A DNA stretch of 64,000 bases, from positions 1,662-65,661 of the forward strand of contig NZ_DATGTT010000017.1 in NCBI RefSeq assembly GCF_035301675.1, read 5' to 3'. Position numbers and translations under genes: made by a program. The notes under the pieces were generated by a model that saw nothing but the letters and a program-made list of their open reading frames with translations, ran no database searches and was not told the DNA's origin. Source of the DNA: Lentibacillus sp. (GTDB lineage: Bacteria > Bacillota > Bacilli > Bacillales > Amphibacillaceae). How positions within the stretch are numbered: the first letter of the stretch is position 1; each line of letters opens with the position of its first letter. Positions 20,026 to 29,730 of the stretch are shown one piece after another.

Positions 20026-20086
20026 ACCTTCCCCGATTTTATTTGATACTAATATGATATCATAATTGTTTATTTTTGTAAATTAT

Positions 20087-20962
20087 TTATCCAACCTGTA
20101 AACTGCTTACCGGACTTCTCTCATTAAAAATGACGAACCCTTTTCCATCCGTCCGAATGGTTATATCACCGAATGTTGCCGTGGGGTAAACTGCTGTATT
20201 GACTTTGCGAAGATTTTCCATGACCCGGTCAACCGGGTGGCCATAATCATTTTTTTTGCCATATGTCAGTATGGCAGCGTTTGGACTTACCGCATGCAGA
20301 AATTTCAATGATGTACTCGTATTTGATCCGTGATGGGCCACTTTTAATATTTCTGAATCCAGATTATGCTGTTCCATCAATCGTTTTTCTTGTTCTTTTT
20401 CAACATCACTCATCAGCAGGAAATCCATCTTTTTAAACGTGATTTTCAGAACAATGGAAGATTCATTATTCGTTCGGGAGCCGTTATGGGTATTCAAAAT
20501 GCGCACATTTAATAAAGGGTCAATTTTCAACTGATCATTACGCTCGGCTATTTCAATCGGAATCTGCCGTTTCAGGATCTGACTGATGTACCTGGCATAT
20601 GTTCTGGTTGAATGAATCTTGCCTGTATCTACAATTCTGTCCACTTCAACAGATTTCATAACCTCAATCAGTCCGCCTATATGATCGATATCCGGGTGGG
20701 TCGCAATCAATAAATCCAGCTTATCCACATTTTGCTTTTCAAGAAATGCGACAACCTTTTCCCCTGCTCCAGGCGGACCGCCATCAATCAGAATATTTTT
20801 ATCAGAAGGGGTTTGGACAAGAATACTGTCCCCCTGCCCGACATCGATGAAATGAACATCCATATCCGCCTGCTGTTCTGCGTACACGGCTGATGTACTT
20901 ATAAAGACGGAAATGATGACGGATATAATACAAATACTGATGTAACGCTGCATAAAAAACAT
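20087..20962 (-). CDS. ComEC/Rec2-like metallo-beta-lactamase fold hydrolase, exported
   Basis: Signal peptide; FIDVGQGDS, THPDIDHIGG, LKVAHHGS, YGHP. Confidence 0.88.
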   Translation of the reverse strand: MFFMQRYISICIISVIISVFISTSAVYAEQQADMDVHFIDVGQGDSILVQTPSDKNILIDGGPPGAGEKVVAFLEKQNVDKLDLLIATHPDIDHIGGLIEVMKSVEVDRIVDTGKIHSTRTYARYISQILKRQIPIEIAERNDQLKIDPLLNVRILNTHNGSRTNNESSIVLKITFKKMDFLLMSDVEKEQEKRLMEQHNLDSEILKVAHHGSNTSTSLKFLHAVSPNAAILTYGKKNDYGHPVDRVMENLRKVNTAVYPTATFGDITIRTDGKGFVIFNERSPVSSLQVG

Positions 20963-21050
20963 CCTTTTATTCTTGAGTGCTTATAGTTTTGCAAATTAGA
21001 GTACCTATTATGTGATAGGAGTGGTGAAAATATGACATTTGGAATTGTGT

Positions 21051-21110
21051 AAAGAGTCGGTTCCGGCTTTCGGGAACAAGTTTTGGCTTTCCCGCCCAGA
21101 TTAAAGTTTT
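21051..21110 (+). repeat. Degenerate 20-bp tandem array
   Basis: 20-bp period with TCGGGAACAAGTTTT unit resembling the 28131 and 38711 arrays. Confidence 0.4.
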
Positions 21111-21120
21111 AAAGAACAAA

Positions 21121-21429
21121 GGGCTCGGGGCGCCCGTTTAGCGACGTACGGACTGCGCTCAGCGCTGCAGGTGGGTCGCGCATTGCGGCGGTTTTAGCCG
21201 ATCTGCTCCACTGGCCGCAGGAGATAAAGGAAACATGCCCCCTTATAGGGGGTATGCCGACGTTGGGCGCAAAGCCCGGGTTTAGTCGGCCTTCCTTAGA
21301 CTTCTGGAATCGCTGTTGACTTATCGGACGGAGGTGAAGGAAGTCACGCTGCAGCTTTAGCGCTGGAACCGGACGTGGCAATTTTTGTTGATAAAGCATT
21401 CGTAGAGCCAAAAATTTATACTTTCTTAT
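21121..21429. repeat. GC-rich multi-hairpin interspersed element (family D)
   Basis: Nested hairpins; GCAGGAGATAAAGGAAAC and GTTGACTTATCG cores; ends AAAATTTATACTTTCTTAT; much GC-richer than flanks. Confidence 0.55.
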
Positions 21430-21437
21430 ATCACAAA

Positions 21438-21470
21438 GAAAAAGCCGCTGAGCAGCGTCAGCGGCTTTTC
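21438..21470 (-). terminator. Terminator of clpE
   Basis: GAAAAAGCCGCTGA-loop-TCAGCGGCTTTTC. Confidence 0.8.
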
Positions 21471-21477
21471 TCTATAT

Positions 21478-23607
21478 TTATTTTGTTTTTCCCACAACAA
21501 TTGCGCCATCTTTGACATCTACATTGACAGTTTCGATCGATTCTTCTTCCAAAATCAGATCTGTCAGCTGATCCTCAATTTTGTCCTGGATGACGCGGCG
21601 CAATGGCCGTGCACCAAAACGCGGATCATATCCAAGCTGGACAAGCTCATGTTTCGCTTCATCCGTAACTGAAATGGAGATGTCATTTTCTTCAATTGTT
21701 TCTTCAAGTTCTGCAAGCATCAGGTCAACAATTTGCAGCAGGCTTTCTTCAGCCAGTTCATTGAATGTGATGATGCTGTCAAAACGGTTCAGAAACTCAG
21801 GTTTGAAATAGGCACTTAAGTTTTCCAGGGTTTGAACCGATTCATGTTCATTCCGGTTGAAACCGACGTTAATTTGTTTTTCCCCGGTTCCGGCGTTACT
21901 TGTCATGATAATAACCGTATCTTTAAAGCTTACAGTACGGCCGTGTGAGTCGGTCAGCTGCCCATCTTCCATAATTTGCAGGAACATGTTCTGCACATCA
22001 GGATGTGCTTTTTCAATTTCATCCAGCAACAGGATGGAGTAAGGATTACGGCGCACTTTCTCAGTCAGCTGTCCTGCTTCTTCATGGCCGACATATCCCG
22101 GTGGTGAACCGATAATTTTGGAAACGGCGTGTTTTTCCATATATTCACTCATATCAAGACGGATCAGACTGTCGCGTGAACCGAACAGTTCTTCGGCAAG
22201 TGCTTTTGTCAATTCTGTTTTACCGACACCGGTCGGTCCGACAAACAGGAATGAACCGATTGGACGGTATTTCGATTTCAGTCCTGCGCGGCTGCGGCGG
22301 ACGGCTTTGGCAACTTTTTGTACCGCTTCGTCCTGACCAATGACCTTTTCACCGAGGTTTTTGTCAAGATCACGCATTTTTTCCTGCTCATCCGTTTGCA
22401 GTTTGGTAACAGGGATGCCGGTTTTTTCTTCAACAATCAATTGGATATCGGAAATGTCCACATCGGTAACCTGCTCTTCATTTTTTGCTTTGTCCAGTTG
22501 TTTTTGCAGCTGGATTTCCTGATAGCGCAGGTGTGCCGCTTGTTCATAATCTTCTTTTTCAGCGGCTGCTTCTTTTTCACGGACAATTTCATCCAAACGG
22601 CTTTGGATCGAATCCGAATCCTTTTCCGCATTATCGAGATTCAGGCGTGAACCGACCTCATCCATAAGATCAATCGCTTTGTCCGGCAAAAAGCGGTCCT
22701 GAATATAGCGTTGCGACAATGTGACAAACGCGCTAATCGCTTCGTCGGAATAGCGGACTTCATGGAATTTTTCGTAACGGTCCTTGATGCCGTCCAAGAT
22801 CTTAACAGCATCTTCCAGTGACGGCTCCTGAACCAAAATTGGCTGAAGACGACGCTCAAGTGCTGCATCTTTTTCAATTTGGCGATACTCTTTCAGTGTT
22901 GTGGCACCGATCAATTGCAGCTCACCGCGTGCCAGTGCTGGTTTCAAAATGTTGCCGGCGTCCATTTGTGAACTTTCGGCGGTACCTGCACCAACCAGCA
23001 GATGGATTTCGTCAACGAACAGGATGACGTTTTGACGTTCCTGCAGTTCTTGTACCAGCTGTTTCATGCGTTCTTCAAACTGACCGCGCATGCTTGTATT
23101 GGCAACGAGTGATGCGACATCCAGCAGATAAATTTCTTTATCCATCAGTTTCGCCGGCACTTTGCCTTCTGTAATTCTCAGAGCCAGCCCTTCTGCAATG
23201 GCTGTTTTACCGACACCAGGTTCACCGATCAAGACCGGATTGTTTTTATTCCGGCGGTTCAGCGTTTCAATGGTGCGTTTCACTTCATTGTCACGTCCAA
23301 TTACCGGATCAACCAATCCGGCACGTGCAGCATTTGTCACGTTTTTGCCGAGCTCATCAAGCAATCCATTATTGCCGGCACCCTGCTGTGTTTTTGTGCC
23401 TGTGAAACCTTGCCCTTGCTGACCATTGCCCTGGAAGAATTTATTGGCAAAATCTCCTTGCTGACCTTGACCATAGTCACCATTCATCATATTTCCCTGA
23501 ATCTCACGGAAGCATTGATTACATAGATGCATATTCATACGTTCATTGTTTATTTGCATTGCGACGTTAATTGATGCGGGACGAATACCACAATTTTGAC
23601 ATTGCAT
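21478..23607 (-). CDS. clpE: ATP-dependent Clp protease ATPase ClpE
   Basis: N-terminal CxxC...CxxC zinc finger, two AAA+ modules ([16 protein letters not shown]), UVR middle domain. Confidence 0.93.
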   Translation of the reverse strand: MQCQNCGIRPASINVAMQINNERMNMHLCNQCFREIQGNMMNGDYGQGQQGDFANKFFQGNGQQGQGFTGTKTQQGAGNNGLLDELGKNVTNAARAGLVDPVIGRDNEVKRTIETLNRRNKNNPVLIGEPGVGKTAIAEGLALRITEGKVPAKLMDKEIYLLDVASLVANTSMRGQFEERMKQLVQELQERQNVILFVDEIHLLVGAGTAESSQMDAGNILKPALARGELQLIGATTLKEYRQIEKDAALERRLQPILVQEPSLEDAVKILDGIKDRYEKFHEVRYSDEAISAFVTLSQRYIQDRFLPDKAIDLMDEVGSRLNLDNAEKDSDSIQSRLDEIVREKEAAAEKEDYEQAAHLRYQEIQLQKQLDKAKNEEQVTDVDISDIQLIVEEKTGIPVTKLQTDEQEKMRDLDKNLGEKVIGQDEAVQKVAKAVRRSRAGLKSKYRPIGSFLFVGPTGVGKTELTKALAEELFGSRDSLIRLDMSEYMEKHAVSKIIGSPPGYVGHEEAGQLTEKVRRNPYSILLLDEIEKAHPDVQNMFLQIMEDGQLTDSHGRTVSFKDTVIIMTSNAGTGEKQINVGFNRNEHESVQTLENLSAYFKPEFLNRFDSIITFNELAEESLLQIVDLMLAELEETIEENDISISVTDEAKHELVQLGYDPRFGARPLRRVIQDKIEDQLTDLILEEESIETVNVDVKDGAIVVGKTK

Positions 23608-23650
23608 AATGTGATTCCTCCTTGATTGATTTCAAATTTATTTTAAAAGG

Positions 23651-23712
23651 TTTGACTTTGACTATCTTTGACCTTTGATTCTTATTATACTCTGACCTTC
23701 TTTGACTTTCAA
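23651..23712 (-). promoter_or_regulatory. CtsR boxes and sigma-A promoter of clpE
   Basis: GGTCAAAGATAGTCAAA and AGTCAAAGAAGGTCAGA heptad repeats; TTGAAA-N17-TATAAT; weaker third site near 23818-23834. Confidence 0.88.
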
Positions 23713-23880
23713 GTCTTTTTGCCCAATTTTTTTTGAAAAAATTATTTATCCCGCAAAACATTGTGTCTGCGGGAGATTGCGCTTTTTTATCAAAGGGTTT
23801 CCACCGCTGAAAAGTCAATTAACTATCTTTGATCAAACATTATGCCAATCTATAAAAGCTTCACTGTTACTATTAACGTC

Positions 23881-23913
23881 AAAAGGGCTGCTCTAAACAT
23901 CGAGCAGCCCTTT
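23881..23913 (-). terminator. Terminator of acyl-CoA synthetase gene
   Basis: AAAAGGGCTGCTC-loop-GAGCAGCCCTTT. Confidence 0.8.
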
Positions 23914-23928
23914 CCTATGAATACATTT

Positions 23929-25509
23929 TTAGTTTTTGACCTTTTCCTTTTGCCGCAATTCAATGCGTCTGATTTTTCCTGATGTTGTTTTCGGCAATTC
24001 ATCAATAAATTCAATTTTTCTCGGATATTTATAAGGGGCGGTCAATTCTTTAACCTGGTCCTGCAGGTTTCTGACTAAATCCGGATCATCAGGATTGACG
24101 CCATCCTGAAGCACGATAAATGCCTTGACGACATTGCCGCGGACTTCATCAGGACTTGCCACAACGGCACATTCCTGAACAAATGGATGTTTAACCAATG
24201 CATCCTCTACCTCGAACGGCCCAATTGTATAACCGGAACTGATAATAATATCGTCACTGCGTCCCTCAAACCAGAAATAGCCGTCTTCATCTTTATATGC
24301 CTGGTCACCCGTTACATAATACTCACCGCGCTGGGACATTTTCGTGCGTTCAGAATCCTTATAATACTCACGGAACAGTGCCGGGCTGTCCAGGTTCACC
24401 GCAATATCCCCGATTTCATTTGCCGGTACAGCCTTGCCGTCTTCATCAATGATTTCCACCTCATTACCCGGCGTCGGCTTGCCCATCGAACCCGGTTTCA
24501 CCTTCGTGTCTTTCATAAAACCGAGCAGCAGCGTATTCTCGGTTTGACCATAGCCATCCCGGACCGTCACATCAAAATATTTCCGGAATGTATCAATGAC
24601 TTCACGGTTAAGCGGTTCACCGGCTGAAACGGCACTGTGCAGCTTGGTGAGCTGATAGTCGTCCAGATTATCGACTTTGGCCATCAGTCTATACTCAGTC
24701 GGTGTGCAGCATAAGACATTAACATCCTCATCCTGCAGCAGACCGAGATATGTCTTTGGATCAAACTTGCCCTGGTAAACGAACCCGGTTGCGCCTGAGC
24801 CAAGCACCGATAAGAACGGGCTCCAGATCCATTTTTGCCAGCCCGGACCGGCTGTAGCCCATACTTTGTCACCTTCATTAATAGAAAGCCAATTCCGCGG
24901 CGCTGTATTCAGGTGTGCATAACCCCATCCATGTGTATGAACAACCGCTTTAGGATTACCGGTTGTACCGGATGTATAGGAAAAGAAGGCGACATCGTCT
25001 TTAGTCGTGTCAGCCATATCAAACTTGTCCAATGCACTTTCCTTCAGCTCATCCAGGTTGTGCCATCCATCGACCGGTTTGCCGACTGAGAAAAGAGTCA
25101 GCTGATCAAATTCCTTCACACCGGTAAATTGATCAACGTACGGATGATAGCTGACGATTGCACTGACCTCACCATGGCTGATCCGGTATTGCAAATCCTT
25201 TGTCTTCAGCATTTCGGAGCCCGGAATAACAATGATTCCAGATTTTAATGCAGCCAGATAGGTTTCATATGCTTCGATTAACCGCGGAATCATTATAAGG
25301 ACTTTATCGCCCTTTTTCAGTCCTTTCTCCTTGAAAGCGTTGCCAATTTTGTTTACATTTTTCATCAGCTGTTCGTATGTAATCTCTTTTGATCCGCCCT
25401 CTTCACTGCGCCAGACCAGCGCGTTTCTTGCCGGGCTTTTTGATGCAAAATGTTCCATTTCCATGACGATATTATAGTCTTGCGGAGCAATTAAATCCTG
25501 TTTGTTCAT
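23929..25509 (-). CDS. mbcS: Short/branched-chain acyl-CoA synthetase (MbcS/YtcI-like)
   Basis: YTSGTTGNPK, WATAGPGWQKWIWSP, DGYGQTE, PKTTSGKI. Confidence 0.8.
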   Translation of the reverse strand: MNKQDLIAPQDYNIVMEMEHFASKSPARNALVWRSEEGGSKEITYEQLMKNVNKIGNAFKEKGLKKGDKVLIMIPRLIEAYETYLAALKSGIIVIPGSEMLKTKDLQYRISHGEVSAIVSYHPYVDQFTGVKEFDQLTLFSVGKPVDGWHNLDELKESALDKFDMADTTKDDVAFFSYTSGTTGNPKAVVHTHGWGYAHLNTAPRNWLSINEGDKVWATAGPGWQKWIWSPFLSVLGSGATGFVYQGKFDPKTYLGLLQDEDVNVLCCTPTEYRLMAKVDNLDDYQLTKLHSAVSAGEPLNREVIDTFRKYFDVTVRDGYGQTENTLLLGFMKDTKVKPGSMGKPTPGNEVEIIDEDGKAVPANEIGDIAVNLDSPALFREYYKDSERTKMSQRGEYYVTGDQAYKDEDGYFWFEGRSDDIIISSGYTIGPFEVEDALVKHPFVQECAVVASPDEVRGNVVKAFIVLQDGVNPDDPDLVRNLQDQVKELTAPYKYPRKIEFIDELPKTTSGKIRRIELRQKEKVKN

Positions 25510-25537
25510 GAAATCAACTCCAGTTTAGATTTCTTAA

Positions 25538-25671
25538 AGAGATTGTTCAAAAAGTCCGGTAAAATGACACATCGAATTTCGTCTTGGCTTGCTTCTCCGC
25601 GGCTCATCTATCTAAAAGCATACATTCTGCTGAATGAAGTTTCACTTTATCCTCCTTTTTGAACACGCACT
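25538..25671 (-). mobile_element. Family C MITE, chimeric with a family A terminus
   Basis: TGTTCAAAAAG...CTTTTTGAACA flanked by TTAA on both sides; CTGAATGAAGTTTCACTTTA inside at 25630-25649. Confidence 0.8.
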
Positions 25672-25783
25672 TTAAGCATATCAGAATTTATGTAAAATTT
25701 AAATTAATAATTGTTAAGATATTGCCCCATAACAAAAGCTGTCTCTCATTCTAAAGACAGCTTTTTCATGGCAAAGGGCGACA

Positions 25784-26584
25784 TCAATAACCGTAAATAG
25801 GTCTGGGAAGTTTATTTTTCATGACAAGATGGTCCAGACTTTTGAATTGATAACCCTGTTTTTTCAGCTCCGTTATCATTTTGTCGAGTGCCCTGGCATT
25901 ATCGGACGATACGGTATGAAGCAAAATAATCGCGCCTGGGTGGATATGATCCATAATATTTTCATATGCATGACGCCAGCCTTTCTGTTCACTTGTTTCC
26001 CAGTCAACGAATGCCGACGACCAGAATATATGGATATAGCCGAGCTCCTTTGCCCAACTCAATGTTTTTTCACTGAACATTCCTCGCGGCGGACGCAAAT
26101 ACTTAATCTTTTCTTGTTCGGAAACTTCTGCAACCGCATCTTCCAAAGATTCCAGCTCTTCCTTCATTTTTTCCTTCTTGACGATTGTCAAATCAGGATG
26201 ATGGTATGAGTGATTCCCGATAATATGACCTTCATCAGCCATTCGCTTAACAAGCTCAGGCTCACTTTTCACGTAATGACCCGTCAGGAAAAACGCTGCC
26301 GGTACGTTATGATCTTTCAAAACATCAAGAACCTCGTCGGTATATCCTTCCTCATAGCCATTATCAAATGTCAAATACACCACTTTCTCTCCAGAATCAT
26401 CAGCATAGTAGGCATTATACTTTTCAAGAATCTCTTTGTACTTGCCAACGTCCGGAATTTGATGGTTCTCGTTTTTTTTAAATCCCCAGCCATAACCGCC
26501 GGCAGCATGAGAAATGTGCTCAGATGGTAAAAAGGCAAGAAAAAACAGGGTGACCGTCACTGCCACAGCAATGTATTTTCGCAT
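25784..26584 (-). CDS. pdaA: Spore cortex muramic delta-lactam N-deacetylase
   Basis: YLTFDNGYE, GNHSYHHPD, LRPPRG, HPGAIILLHTVS; signal peptide. Confidence 0.92.
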   Translation of the reverse strand: MRKYIAVAVTVTLFFLAFLPSEHISHAAGGYGWGFKKNENHQIPDVGKYKEILEKYNAYYADDSGEKVVYLTFDNGYEEGYTDEVLDVLKDHNVPAAFFLTGHYVKSEPELVKRMADEGHIIGNHSYHHPDLTIVKKEKMKEELESLEDAVAEVSEQEKIKYLRPPRGMFSEKTLSWAKELGYIHIFWSSAFVDWETSEQKGWRHAYENIMDHIHPGAIILLHTVSSDNARALDKMITELKKQGYQFKSLDHLVMKNKLPRPIYGY

Positions 26585-26608
26585 AGCGTACCCCACCTAT
26601 TTTTTCCT

Positions 26609-26638
26609 TACTTTGTCCATAATTATTTTAAATTATTC
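26609..26638 (-). promoter_or_regulatory. Candidate sigma-G promoter of pdaA
   Basis: GAATA-N18-CAAAGTA. Confidence 0.5.
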
Positions 26639-26662
26639 ATAACGGACCTTTTTAAAACTGCT

Positions 26663-27973
26663 TTAAAGTACCATTGCCGCAATCCACCCGAACAAAATAA
26701 GCGGAATATTAAAATGGAGGAATGTCGGCACGCACGTATCCCAAATGTGATGATGCTTGCCATCAGCATTCAGTCCGGATGTCGGCCCGAGTGTGCTGTC
26801 CGATGCCGGTGAACCCGCATCGCCCAATGCTCCGGCAGTTCCGATCAGCGAAGCGGTTGCCAGTGTTGAAAAATCTGCGGCCAGACAAATCGGTACAAAA
26901 AGGGCAGCCAGGATCGGAATCGTTCCAAACGATGAACCAATGCCAATCGTGACAACCAGCCCGACAAGCAACAATATTAGCGCGATAAGTGCCTGGTTAT
27001 CGCCAAGGAAACTGGATGACATTTCGACAAGTGAACTGACTGCACCTGTATCTTCGAGGACTTTTCCAAACCCCGATGCAACCAGCATGACAAATGCGAT
27101 TTGCCCCATCATCGCGATACCATCGGCCATGACCTGGTCACCTTTTCGAAATGGAACAACCACAAGGCCAAACATCAGAACCAGTCCAGTCAGCGCCCCA
27201 ATGATCAGATTTTGCGTGAATATCTGAACGATTAAAGCACCGGCTATTGCAACCAGAGTTAATGCGTGTTTCTGGTTAAACGTAACGTTTTCCGCTGGCG
27301 GCGCAGTGAAATTCGCCTCACTTCCACCGGCACCGGAAATCGATTCGCGGTCTTTACGATACGTGAAAAAGATAGCAATCAACAGACCTACAACCATCCC
27401 CGCACCGGGAATAAGCATGGCAAGCGTTGTCTGCCCTATTGTGATATCCGAGCCGTTTTCAACCATACCGTTCTGGATGGTTTCGTGAAAAATCAGACCA
27501 AATCCGGCCGGGATTGTGACATACGGTGCTTTTAATCCGAACGTCAATGCTGCAGCCACGCCACGGCGATCAACTTTCATTTCATCAAACAGTTTTAATA
27601 ATGGTGGTATTAATATAGGTATAAATGCAATATGAACCGGCACAAGGTTTTGTGATAAACATGCTACACCGGCGATCGCCAACACCATCATCATTTTCTT
27701 CCCGGTCAGCACTTTAATTAAAAAATTAACAAGAATAGCAGTTATGCCTGTGTAACTGATCGCTACAGCAAAAGCACCAAGCAAAATATAACTTAATGCA
27801 GTGCTTGCCTGGCCGCCCATACCGCTGACCATCATTTCAATTGATTCGACAATGGACAGCCCGGACATCAGTCCCGCTGTCAGTGCTGCCGCGATAATTG
27901 CAATGATGACATTGATTCTTAACAGACTAAGCACAGTCAATACTAATACAGATATGACAACAACCCATTCCAT
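26663..27973 (-). CDS. yuiF: YuiF-like amino acid transporter (Na+/H+ antiporter superfamily)
   Basis: SQNLVPVHIAFIPILIPP, GSSFGTIP, GDAGSPASDSTLGPT, HIWDTCVPTF. Confidence 0.8.
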   Translation of the reverse strand: MEWVVVISVLVLTVLSLLRINVIIAIIAAALTAGLMSGLSIVESIEMMVSGMGGQASTALSYILLGAFAVAISYTGITAILVNFLIKVLTGKKMMMVLAIAGVACLSQNLVPVHIAFIPILIPPLLKLFDEMKVDRRGVAAALTFGLKAPYVTIPAGFGLIFHETIQNGMVENGSDITIGQTTLAMLIPGAGMVVGLLIAIFFTYRKDRESISGAGGSEANFTAPPAENVTFNQKHALTLVAIAGALIVQIFTQNLIIGALTGLVLMFGLVVVPFRKGDQVMADGIAMMGQIAFVMLVASGFGKVLEDTGAVSSLVEMSSSFLGDNQALIALILLLVGLVVTIGIGSSFGTIPILAALFVPICLAADFSTLATASLIGTAGALGDAGSPASDSTLGPTSGLNADGKHHHIWDTCVPTFLHFNIPLILFGWIAAMVL

Positions 27974-28007
27974 TTCGTTTCCCCTCTCCAATGTTTCTCT
28001 CTAACAT

Positions 28008-28035
28008 TACTTTATTATGATAAAGCATTAAAGTG
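28008..28035. promoter_or_regulatory. Candidate HisR (YerC/TrpR-like) operator
   Basis: ACTTTA-TTATGA-TAAAG plus an overlapping TAAAGT half-site upstream of the yuiF-like gene. Confidence 0.45.
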
Positions 28036-28130
28036 AGAATATCAACCCTGTTGGAGAAATTTTATAATGGAATACCGCTGTAGATGGTGGGGGAAGTAAT
28101 GTGACGGGAAGCTGAGTTGTCATCGCAGGT

Positions 28131-28240
28131 CGGGTCCATGTTTCGTGTCTCGATCCCTTGTTTCGCGGTTCGCGCATATGTTTAACTTTTGGGGCTGAAG
28201 TTTTGCTTTTGGGGCTGAAGTTTTGCTTTTGGGGCTGAAG
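28131..28240 (+). repeat. 20-bp tandem array, about 5.5 units
   Basis: GGGGCTGAAGTTTTGCTTTT x2.5 preceded by three degenerate units in register. Confidence 0.85.
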
Positions 28241-28280
28241 AACCCCCGCTGGAAAAATTCCAGGGGGTTCTTCAGCCACA

Positions 28281-29072
28281 TTATTTAAGATTAAAGGAAA
28301 AGGAAACGTGGTCCTGGATTGGTATCCATGCACCGATTCCCTGTTTTGTGACATTTTTGACCACAAGGGATTTATCGTTCCCCTTCAATTGAAAATATAC
28401 TTCACCAAAGGTCACTTGTCCTTTTTCATTGACTGCCGGTGCGTATGCCTGAAGCTCGCCGTATTTTTTCGCCGGTACACTGTAAGAGTTTTCTTTTTTC
28501 GTATTTTGACCGATGACCGTCGAGTACGCGAGTGGCAGTTCAATCTTATCTTTTGCTTGGAGAAGCATCATTTTTTTAATGTCGTCGGGATTGGCAATCT
28601 TGTTCGTCAGTGCACCTTTAACTTCCTTCTCTTTCTGTTGATTATAATTCATTTTTTTCTCAGAATCACCGCCGATATTATTGAGCTCATTTAAATTAAT
28701 TTTCTGGTACTCCCAATTAATGTTTGTTTCACTCGAATTATAACTCAGCGGCCATCTGCCGATATAGACCATCCCACGATAGCCGAAAGCAATCGGAGAC
28801 GGGTTAATGGACGTTTCGTTGAGCATTTTAATCAGATCCGGATTTTCAACCGGAACTTCAACATTTTCAATTAGTTCCTGAGTGAGTTCACTTGGTTCTA
28901 CCACTTCCTGATCCTGGGTTGAGTTAGGATAAGTGTTTTCCTTGGATATGTTCAAAACATGGTTTGGTATCTCAAATTCATCTTTTGACTCTTTCTTTTC
29001 CTCAGCCATGCCGTTAACAGGAATTAATAAAACCAATAGCATAATTACCATAATGTAATAGCGCTTATTCAT
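28281..29072 (-). CDS. yfkD: YfkD family exported protein
   Basis: Signal peptide; VLNISKENTYPN, GRWPLSY, QGIGAWIPIQD. Confidence 0.85.
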   Translation of the reverse strand: MNKRYYIMVIMLLVLLIPVNGMAEEKKESKDEFEIPNHVLNISKENTYPNSTQDQEVVEPSELTQELIENVEVPVENPDLIKMLNETSINPSPIAFGYRGMVYIGRWPLSYNSSETNINWEYQKINLNELNNIGGDSEKKMNYNQQKEKEVKGALTNKIANPDDIKKMMLLQAKDKIELPLAYSTVIGQNTKKENSYSVPAKKYGELQAYAPAVNEKGQVTFGEVYFQLKGNDKSLVVKNVTKQGIGAWIPIQDHVSFSFNLK

Positions 29073-29217
29073 GTGTCCCATTCCTTTCAAGAAATCCGCT
29101 TTTAATCTGTTCAGCTTCAGCTCTGTGTCGGAAATTTACATCTCGTGCACCGCTCACAGTTGCTTCTGCGTTTAAGGTTAGTTTTTTCGGACACATGAAT
29201 ATTATACCCGGTAATAT

Positions 29218-29622
29218 TTAACGGCTTAATTCGACTGATTCAAGTGTTTCTTCAATTGTAATACTATCCTCTACTGACCGGATCATTGAGCAGTTTTTCC
29301 GGGCCACTGCGAGGTTTTTATATAGTTTGTCATCATCAAGATGATAGCCTTTAATCACATAATGCAAATCAATCCGCTCAATTCGGTTTGCCTCGTCCGG
29401 GTTTCGTTCAACATTTGCCGTTATTTTCATATCAGCGATTTCGGTCCGCTGCTTTTGTAAAATTTTCCTGAACACAGAGGCGCTGCAGCCCGCGATCGAT
29501 GCGACCATCAATTGGAACGGGCGGAAACCAAATGTTTCATCCCCTGAAATATCCAGTTCTCCATAATCTAAATCAATTCGTACCCCTTCTTCTTTCAAAT
29601 GAAAATCCATTGTTATTTTCAT
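29218..29622 (-). CDS. OsmC family protein
   Basis: GFRPFQLMVASIAGCS and KNCS cysteines. Confidence 0.88.
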   Translation of the reverse strand: MKITMDFHLKEEGVRIDLDYGELDISGDETFGFRPFQLMVASIAGCSASVFRKILQKQRTEIADMKITANVERNPDEANRIERIDLHYVIKGYHLDDDKLYKNLAVARKNCSMIRSVEDSITIEETLESVELSR

Positions 29623-29730
29623 CTCCTTGTTTTAAAATGACTCTTGTTATCATCTACCCAAAATGTTAAATCATAACGCTTTTTAAATGAAATATTTTGT
29701 TTGGACTTATGTTTAGGGGGAGTGTGACAA

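Noticed and set aside
20087-20962. True ComEC DNA-uptake channel
   Set aside because: Only the MBL hydrolase domain with a signal peptide; the multi-TM competence domain is absent
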